DNA of 64,000 nt, from assembly GCA_964016885.1 (NCBI GenBank), contig OZ024742.1, forward strand, positions 117,490,001-117,554,000. Reading direction: 5' to 3'. The notes under the pieces are model-generated. The model saw only the letters and a list, made by a program, of their open reading frames with translations, searched no databases and had not been told where the DNA came from. Source of the DNA: Eledone cirrhosa. Its lineage: Eukaryota. This document shows positions 55,075 to 64,000 of the stretch, piece after piece. Within the stretch, counting starts at the first letter, position 1. Each line of letters opens with the position of its first letter. Both the position numbers and the translations under genes were made by a program.

Positions 55075-56087
55075 GTGACCTCAGATGGCCAGTACCTTTT
55101 GCAGGATATGGGCTGAGTCAAGAAGAGCTGATTTTTGCAGGCAGGAAATGTTAGGTTGTATTCAAGTTCTTCTAATTTCTTCTCTAATTCCTTTGTTATG
55201 GATCCCAATGCACCAATAACAGGAATCCCCTTTGCTAACATATTCCACAACCCAGCTGTTTCTACTCTCAGCTCTAAATAGTTCCTTATCTTTTCCCATT
55301 CTTTTTCTTCAATTCTCTGATCCCCAGAGATTGTGACGTCAATTATCCAACACTTTCTCTAATATAATTTATATATAATTTATATATAATTTATATATAA
55401 TTTATATATAATTTCCTTTGCAGTTCCAGTTGTTAGTTATAGCTTCATTGGGCTGAACTGGAATATCATTGAAACAAAGAATTGACACAAAAATGTGTAA
55501 GTTGCTGAATTGTAATAAGACACAGCACCCAAAGGCAGATCTGGATCATTGTTTACCTTCTCAGAACACAAGGAGGCAGAGGTTTGACTCAGTTTGAACT
55601 GTCTAACAAAAGCACAACAATTGAACTGGCCAAATAACTTGAAACAACAAATGACTGGATGCTGAAACTCATTAAAAAACATGAGAAGAATAAGAAGCTT
55701 CATTTGATCTTGAAACAGAGCAAAGCAAATAAAGTTAATTGGTAAATTGGTAATGAGCAATTAGCATCGAGGTAGCCACAGAAACCTCTGCATAAATCGA
55801 TAATGACAAATGTAGGTCGTGTGGATCAAAAGTGGAGAATGTAACACACATTGTAAGTGGCTGTACTTTGCTTGTGCAGAATGATTACAAGAGATGCCAT
55901 GACAAGGTGTGCTTGTACATGCATTGGTTACTTTGTCAGAAATATGGATTCAAAGCAGAGAAAAAATAGTATCACCATGAACTGGAGAGTGTAATGGAGA
56001 ATGACAAAGCAAAGAGAATGTGGGATCTGACTGTACAAACAGACAGATTTATTGAATATTGGAGACCTGGCATTGTCATGATTGAAC
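55075..56087 (-). mobile_element. R4/Dong-like fragment with inverted 5' segment
   Basis: 55417-56087(+) encodes AVPVVSYSF..GGRGL..CRSCG..HIVSGC..RPGIVMIE; 55360-55075(-) continues RKCWIIDV..VIGALG. Confidence 0.8.
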
Positions 56088-57179
56088 ATGTGCCTGTAGT
56101 AGTGGGGGACAACTGGGAGAGGGCGCTTGCCCTAGCGGTCAGGGTGTCAGTGGCTTTTGTGGGCTTTCTCCATGAGTAACACTTGGAGTCTCCTCACCTT
56201 TGGGGAATTTGTCATGTTAGTTTTTTTTTTAATGCTTATTTTCTTAATCTCTGTTATGAATTTTATTCGACACAAGAAGAAACCCACACTGGATTGACCT
56301 GTACCGATTTTAATGTCTCCTTAATGTGAGTCCTGTGTGGTTAATAAAGAAAGCATTATTATTATTATTATTATTATTTCTACTACTACTACTTATATTA
56401 TTATTACTTGTTGTCATGTAACCCTTCATATTCCAATGTAACAGGAAACAAAAAAAAATTCTACACACACACAAACATATAAATAAAATTCCTGTTCATT
56501 TGATTTTTGGGGTGATTGTCCAGAACCATTCTATAGTCTTGACTACTGAGCACAACAATATAGGCATGAACTCCTTTTGTGGTTGTCACTAGCTACATGC
56601 ACTGTGCCATGGCACTCACAAATTTTTGGCCCAAAAGCCTACAACAAAACTCTATACCTAATCAGGGTATATTCCATGACCAACCCAATTCTATTTTAAA
56701 CAGATAACAATCTGAGCCACATTTTGCATAAAATCGAAAGAAATTTCTCAACCCAACCCATCAGATGTGATACATATTATGACATAGCCACACAACTCTC
56801 CATCTCACTTAACTTTTGAAAATCATCTAACTGTGAAACTGGTAAAATTATTTTAAATATAATATATCTTCTTAAAAGACTCCAATTGCATTTCCAACTT
56901 CTTTTTCATATGTTTTTACCTGTGTGGGATATTAAAAAATCTCACTTTCTCATATATATGAGTGCGTGCATATGTGAGAGAGAGTGTGTATGTGTATGTG
57001 TATATATTTGTTATTAAATGTTAATTTTGTTAACCCTGGAAATTATACTGTTATTTTTATTATGCTCTGGTCATTATTTGTGAATTATTTTTCTCCATGT
57101 TATGTTTTACCTTGTTCTAAGCCCAATTCACATCTAATTATTTGCTTTTTTTTTTCTTTTCTTGCATCTGCATGCACAG

Positions 57180-57203
57180 CTACAACCAGCAATAGCCGAC
57201 GTG
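57180..57203 (+). CDS. Candidate 24-nt microexon (ATTSNSRR) following the Ig exon
   Basis: Long pyrimidine tract + cacag acceptor, gtaagc donor, phase 1-1, gives VLN-ATTSNSRR. Confidence 0.75.
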
Positions 57204-57658
57204 GTAAGCAAAATCTTTTCTGTTCTTTTGCATTCAATTGTCAATTTTTTTCCTTTTGTTTTCTAGTTGCATGAGAGTTGTTGTTTAATTAATTTACATA
57301 TTCATTGTTGTTTTTCTTTTGGTTTGCATTGAGTTTTTCCTCAGTTATCTCCCTTCGTAAATGTTTGTAACTTTTCTTTAAATTTCCTCTTATATAATCA
57401 TTTAAGTTATCTCATTGCTTCTTAAAAGGTTGGTGGGAAAAGCTTTTTCTATTTAAATCTACATTGATATATACGTGAGGGTGTGTATGTATATATATAT
57501 ATATATACATACACATATATATATATATATCATCATCATCATCGTTTTTACGACCGTTTTTGCATGGGCAGGATGGGTCCTTCTCAACACAGCATCCCCA
57601 CTTGCCATGTTCCTTCAACACATATGTACATATATACATATATATATATGTGTGTATG

Positions 57659-57800
57659 TGTGAAAAGTCAACAAGAGAAAAAGCATAAGAAAATATTAGG
57701 GTAATGATGATATATATATATATATTAGCACTTGATATTGTAGAAAAAGAGAATTAACGTTTCAGGCGTTAGTCGTTCATCAGAAGATAGAATGTGATGG
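57659..57800 (-). mobile_element. PLE pseudo-LTR-like repeat with minimal hammerhead remnant
   Basis: Minus strand CTGATGA-acgactaacgcct-GAAACGTTA (57783-57755); stems imperfect. Confidence 0.55.
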
Positions 57801-58123
57801 AAAAGAAGAAATAGAAAGATAGACGAAAATAAGAAAAGAAAGAAACAGAGAAAATGTTTTCACAGGAAACGTGCACGTATGTCATTGGCCAGCCATTGTG
57901 AAAAAGTGCAGATCAGAAATAACTAAGGTATTAGAGAGGTATAAAAAGGGGGATAATCATTATATAATTTTAGTTATATTATTATGTGTATGTGTGTGTG
58001 CATTGCACCATGATGTGCTTGAATGGCTGTTAGATGTGTGAGAGTGTGCCTGTGTGCGCATGAGCTGACCAATACAGTAAGTGACAGTGAATGAACTGTT
58101 GGATAAAAATATATATATATATA

Positions 58124-59890
58124 TTTACAAAGGTAAAGGCGATCCACTAGATAGAGGAAACTATAGAGGTATAAAGTTGATGGACCAGGTCATGAAAGTA
58201 ACAGAAAGAGTTATAGCACAGCTGATTAGGGACCGGGTGAATATAGACGAGATGCAATTTGGGTTTGTACCAGGGAAAGGCACCACTGATGCCCTCTTCC
58301 TTGTGAGGCAATTACAGGAAAAGTACCTAGCTAAAAGTAAGCCACTCTACTTGGCATTTGTCGACCTTGAGAAAGCCTTTGACAGAGTTCCACGTGCAGT
58401 AATCTGGTGGGCTCTTAGAAAACTAGGAGTAGATGAATGGCTTGTGAAAGCGGTACAAGCCATGTATAGGGGAGCAGTCAGCAAAGTTAGGATTGGCAAT
58501 GAGTATAGCGAGGAATTTAGCGTACAGGTTGGGGTCCACCAGGGCTCTGTTCTTAGCCCTCTCCTGTTCATCATAGTCCTGCAGGCAATAACGGAGGAGT
58601 TTAAGACCGGATGCCCATGGGAACTCCTGTTTGCTGATGACCTCGCACTCATAGCTGAATCTATGGTAGAACTAGAGAATAAATTCCAAACCTGGAAGCA
58701 GGGACTAGAGAGAAAGGGCCTCAAAGTCAACATGACAAAGATTAAGGTCCTTATAAGTAGACGAGAAAACAGAACCCAGATCCCCTCAGGGAAATGGCCT
58801 TGCTCAGTATGTAGGAAAGGTGTAGGTAGGAACTCCATTCTCTGCCCCAAATGCAAACAATGGGTACACAAGAGATGTAGCGGGATCTCAGGAAGCTTAA
58901 TTAAGAATGTAGGATTCACATGCAGCAGCTGTGCTGAAACAGCAAGCAAACAGCCACAGGAAACAAGTACCACCAATCTCTGGGAGGGCCCTGTAGAAAC
59001 AGTAGACAGCTTCTGCTACCTAGGTGACCGAATTAGCAACGGAGGTGGGTGCTCAGAAAGTACAATAACTAGGGTAAGAACGGGATGGAAGAAGTTTAGG
59101 GAACTACTACCACTGCTAGCTGCAAAAGGCTTCTCCCTCAGAATGAAAGGCAGACTGTATGATGCGTGTATCCGAACAGCGATGTTGCATGGTAGTGAGA
59201 CCTGGGCGCTGAAGGTGGAAGACTTACGTAGATTAGAGAGAAACGAAGCCTGCATGCTCCGATGGATGTGTAACAGTAATATACGTGAACGACAAAGCAT
59301 AAAGGAATTGAGAGAGAGACTGAGCATAAGAGGAATCAAATGCTGCGTGCAGGAGAGGCGGTTACGCTGGTATGGACATGTGATGCGTATGAAGGATGAC
59401 AGCTGCATAAAAAGGTGCAGAGCACTAGAAGTTGATGGAAACCGCGGAGTGGGGAGACCCAAGATGACTTGGGATGAGGTGATAAAAGCCGACCTTACCC
59501 AACTACACCTCTCAAAGTCAATGACACACGACCGTGACTTCTGGCGTCACGCAGTAATACAGGGTACCCGACCTCCCATGGGTACATGCTGAAGCATATA
59601 AACAATATGCCCCCCCCCCCCCACCGCAAGGTGGTCGTGGAGGTGCCACGGCAAAAAAGCACCCAGCCCACACTGTAAAGTGGACGTGTAGGCGCCACGA
59701 AAAAGCACCCAGCACTCACTGTAAATGAGGTTGGTGTTAGGAAGGGCATCCAGCTGTAGAAATCAAGCCAGATCAGTTCCTGTATGAGCAAGGCATGGTC
59801 AGCCGACCAGACACTGCCCACAACAGGACAACCCGTCTAACCCATGCTAGCGTGGAAGAACGGACGTAAAACGGTGATGATGATGATGAT
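58124..59890 (+). mobile_element. Young 5'-truncated RTE LINE with uninterrupted RT frame (58126-59592)
   Basis: DLEKAFDRV, QGSVLSP, FADD, PHD-like finger; 3'UTR and (GAT)n tail; starts at (TA)n. Confidence 0.96.
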
Positions 59891-59980
59891 ATATATAATG
59901 ATGACGAAGGAATTGTGGTAAGGAACCAGATGGACCATAACACACCAGAGTACTCAATACTTAGGGTAGTAGAGTGAGTA

Positions 59981-60097
59981 ATAGGAAATAGTATGACCCT
60001 GACGGCAGAGCTCAAGCCATTTCGACGGCTATTTCTGGACAGAAATAGCCGTCGAAATGGCTTGAGCTCTGCCGTCGGGGGTCATACTATTTCCTAT
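59981..60097. repeat. Near-perfect 57-bp-arm palindrome containing the 3' half of a hammerhead
   Basis: Arms 59981-60037 / 60040-60097, one mismatch and one indel. Confidence 0.92.
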
Positions 60098-62445
60098 ATA
60101 TAATGATGGCAATATGATTAAACATTTCATTTTTATAGTCCGGTATTGGTATGACCATATTTGCCAAGATTGCATGTATATGTGTGAGTGTGTGAATTAT
60201 ATATACATATATAAACCATTCTCACCATCACTGCACACCACATTCTACCCAGGATCACCCTCATTCCACTTTCACATATTACCATGTTCAATTCCACCAC
60301 ACTAATCATTGCCCTGTAATACCTTTTTTCATCATTATTGTACTCTCCCCCATTTCATCTGAGGTTACCTCATACCTTTCATCTCGTACATAACCTTGCC
60401 AAATCCTATCACAAATGTCAGACACCTATCACCTACTCACACCTTCTCTATAGGACATCACCCCTTTAAATCCCACCACACTCTTCATTAATTCATGGTT
60501 TTATACCTGTAATTTCTCTTTTCCACTCACCCTACTGCCTCCTGTTTCATCATTCCTCCTTAGTAACTATTCTCACTATCACTATTGCCTCCCATCTACC
60601 TAGGATCATTCACATCAGTCCTAACTCCTTTAGCATCTACTCACATCATCACTGTATGCCCCAGTGTATCCAAAGTCACTGCCATAGTTTCCCTCTCATA
60701 CATCACGCCACCAAATCCACCTTAACTGTCATACACCATAACACCATATTGTAATACTTCCTTCCCACCCACCTATTCTCACTCACCATTAGCATCATAC
60801 GTATCATCACTCACCCTTCTTCCCTCTAAATATGTCTCACTTGAGACATGTCACCATCCCCTTTCCCCATAGGATAGTGTATGCTCTTCAGTTGAGTCAA
60901 TGACCAACAATCTCTCTAGTGCTAGTGCCATGTAAAATACACCCAGTATAACCGGTAAAGTGGTTGGCATTAGGAAAGAAATCCAGCCATAGAAAGCTTG
61001 TTAAATAAAGGGTTGTTAGTACTCTGCAGTTCTGGCCTGGCAACCTCCATAATGCTGGTGTTACAATAAAATGTACTCAGTGAGTGGAAATTTACTTAAT
61101 ACTTTATTCATCGGATAAATTATTGTATTGAAGTGGCAAATGATTCCTTTTTATTGTTTCCATCTAACTGTACTTAATTCTGAACTTAATGTAGCAACAT
61201 GACTAAGGTAGGAAATGCATTGTGAGTAAGAGTGTGTTTGTGTGTGTAAATTTCAAATAGTTACAGACAGAGATATAATATCCAAAGATGATATGCAATG
61301 ATATACAAAGATGACATGTAGATATATATTAATAGCCTTTGGTACTGGGACCGGAAAGACCACAGTCCTCTACTTGCACTAATATAAATGTTTGTGTGTG
61401 TGTGTGTGTGTGTGCCTGCCTGTCTGTATGTATGTATGTGTATATATAAATATAAACACACATGCACATATACTCATTTGCATATCTTAGAATGCTGTTT
61501 CCTTCTCTTCCCCTTCCCCATTCATTACTATATCATAGATGTGTGCAAGTTTAATATGAATCTGTCTAGTGATTTTGTGTCAGTTTTTGAATATGTATCT
61601 ATGTTTGTTTAGGAAGTGCACTGTGTGTATCTGTATGTTTTTAATATGTACACAGAATAATTAAATGTTCAAAAATTAAAAGCGAGTGTGATACATTCAT
61701 GAGATAATTATAGTATGTGATACCTTTTTGTCATATCATCAACACGATCCCTTTTTCAGGGTGGACTGAGTTCTGTTTTCTCATGTCACTATCATAACCA
61801 CCTTAAAGGATGCTTTTTTTCTCATGTCACCAGCACAACTACTATATAGGGTGAATTGGAAGCCTCTTGTCATGTCACTAGCACAACAACCTTACAGGAT
61901 GGCCTGAATGCTTTTGTTGTCATGGCACCAGAGCGACATACAGGATGGACAAAGTGCTTTTTTGTTGTGGCAGCAACATTATAAGAGGAGGGAAAGCAGA
62001 TTTGGGCATGTCCATGTTTCCATGCTTGTATGCATGGGTTGAATAGCGCAGGAGAGGTACATCAAGAGTGTGGAAGGTGGAGAGAGGAATGAATATGCAA
62101 GATGGGCATGGGTGAGGTGACAGGGACATTAAGTTGGTGTGGGTGGGGTATTAAGACTTGGAAGGCTGAATTGGGAAAACTAAGGAGATTGGTGAAGACT
62201 AGTGTCCTCAACATGTTAGTTTCGTCCTGTGCACATGGGAAGGCGGGCCTTTTTCAGAACAGCAAAACACCAGAGATCTCCATACTGTATCATCTCCTTT
62301 GAGAGGTTTGATTGTGCAAGGTCAGCTTTTATCACTCCATCCCAAGCTTCCTTAAGTCTATCTCCATGTGCATTGAATGTCCATCATCCCACTAGTCTCT
62401 ACTCCTGCATATTTACCCCATCTATGCCCAGTTTCTCTCTCAGCT

Positions 62446-62483
<38 letters not shown>

Positions 62484-62485
62484 CA

Positions 62486-63227
62486 CCATATATACTTGAG
62501 TAATAGTCGATATCATGTAAAAGTTGACCCCTATTTTTGGCCAAAAAATCTGGAATTTTCTATAGAACTTATATAAAAGTTGACCCTAGTATTTCAGGGT
62601 CAATATTTGTGGGTTAAGGTATCGTCCTGTATGTAGAAATAACACTGTTACAAAATCGTCACGAATTTAAGACATGTGTTGCAAATACATGTCTGAAACT
62701 AAAAATTTACTCAAACATATGACTATCATACTATAGCCTTCCCTATAGGTGGAATGTTTGGTGCTTATAGTAAAACACTATATAACAGTGAGCATTACAC
62801 ATCTGTTGGTGGGTGCTACATCATCATTACTAAAATATGGGCACAAGAAGTGCTGCAAACCTGCAACCTTTCTATTTTCTTCATTTCCAAACACAATAAA
62901 CACATCATACATCAACACTCATCTCATTGTCTGTTTATATGATGAGAAACATGTTTCACAGATAGTGCTGTCGTGGAACACTAGTAAACGCCACTGTTTG
63001 ATACAATGGTATGACTTTGAATGTGTGTTTTGTATAGAATCAGTAATAATACAGTAATTTATGTTGTTTTTGATTAGAGATCATTTGGGCTTCTGCTACT
63101 CATATGGTCCCTTGGATTCTAGCTTGAATTTATGGTCCCTCAAAAGCTGTATCTGTATAATAATTGACCCCATAAATTTAACCTTAAAAGATGGTCTAAA
63201 AACTTTTATTATTTACAGTATATACAA
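62486..63227. mobile_element. Possible decayed Tc2/pogo-like non-autonomous DNA transposon
   Basis: ccatatatacttgagta at left vs cagtatatacaa at right; repeated aaagttgaccc subterminal motif. Confidence 0.35.
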
Positions 63228-63246
63228 TATATATATGTGTGTGTGT

Positions 63247-63294
<48 letters not shown>

Positions 63295-63717
63295 AATCCT
63301 AGAAATATGTATACATATAACCTATCATCATCACCATCGTTTAATGTCCACTTTTCCTGCTATCAAGATTTGGACAGATCTACATAGACCAAGTCAGGAT
63401 TGAAGTGGGACTATAGACCTCCCAGATATAGGATAATATATCCTATATTTTTCGCTTCTTATCTTTTCTTCTTTCCCTAGAGTTTACTACTCACAATCTC
63501 TTCTGTACTGTTCATAAATATTCTATCTTATTTTTGCTATTTTTTTTTTGCTCGCTATTTCCAGCCTCTTGTCTTTCTTTGCTAAAGCTTAATTCTTATG
63601 ATCTCTCTTGCCCTGTTCATGAATATTACACTTTTTTAGCCATGTTTTGCCATCTCTGTTTTCGTAAATCCTATTTTTTTTATCTTTCCTTCAAATACTG
63701 CTATATGCATATATCTT

Positions 63718-63870
63718 CCAGTCCCCACTATAAACGTGGTTGGTGTTAGGAAGGGCATCCAGCCGTAGAACAGTCCCATACGAGCGAGACAACCAATCTT
63801 GCCTCAAGTGGGACAATTCCCGTCTAAACCCATGCTAGCGTGGAAGATAGACGTTAAATGATGATGATGA
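63718..63870 (+). mobile_element. RTE LINE 3' terminus (subfamily of the 6838 element)
   Basis: Matches reverse complement of 6840-7012. Confidence 0.88.
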
Positions 63871-64000
63871 TCTTCTTCTTTTTCTTCTTCTTCTTCTTCT
63901 TCTTCTTCTTCTTCTTCTTCTTCTTCTTCTTCTTCTTCTCCCACTTATTCCTGGGAGGTTCATGGAGGAAGAGTCCTCAAGCACGTTTTTCAGCAGATCC
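63870..64000 (-). mobile_element. Rex3-like RTE 3' end with (GAA)n tail, cut by window edge
   Basis: Similar to 37545-37625. Confidence 0.6.

Noticed and set aside
58081-58125. N-terminus of the 503-aa ORF
   Set aside because: Flank and (TA)n read-through into a 5'-truncated LINE
58347-59462. Long antisense ORFs over the LINEs (also 7510-9640)
   Set aside because: Shadows of the RT reading frame

Overview
AT-rich, microsatellite-dense eukaryotic DNA; the repeat families and the Ig exon suggest an octopus/coleoid mollusc genome (inference). The window appears to lie inside one large + strand gene for a ZIG-8/Dpr-like two-Ig cell-surface protein: one 288-nt Ig exon (44899-45186) and three frame-preserving phase 1-1 microexon candidates (27257-27286, 29497-29523, 57180-57203); start and last exons are not evident. 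The introns are filled with mobile DNA: a near full-length and a young 5'-truncated RTE LINE, many RTE/R4 relics, two tRNA-derived SINE families, piggyBac-type MITEs, a DD37D (maT) mariner derivative and Penelope-like element (PLE) relics. The most striking unannotated pattern is at least five short fold-back (inverted repeat) elements in (TA)n tracts whose arms carry complete, variant or partial type I hammerhead ribozyme motifs, one of them enclosing a PLE GIY-YIG ORF. All calls were made by eye; boundaries of degenerate relics are approximate.
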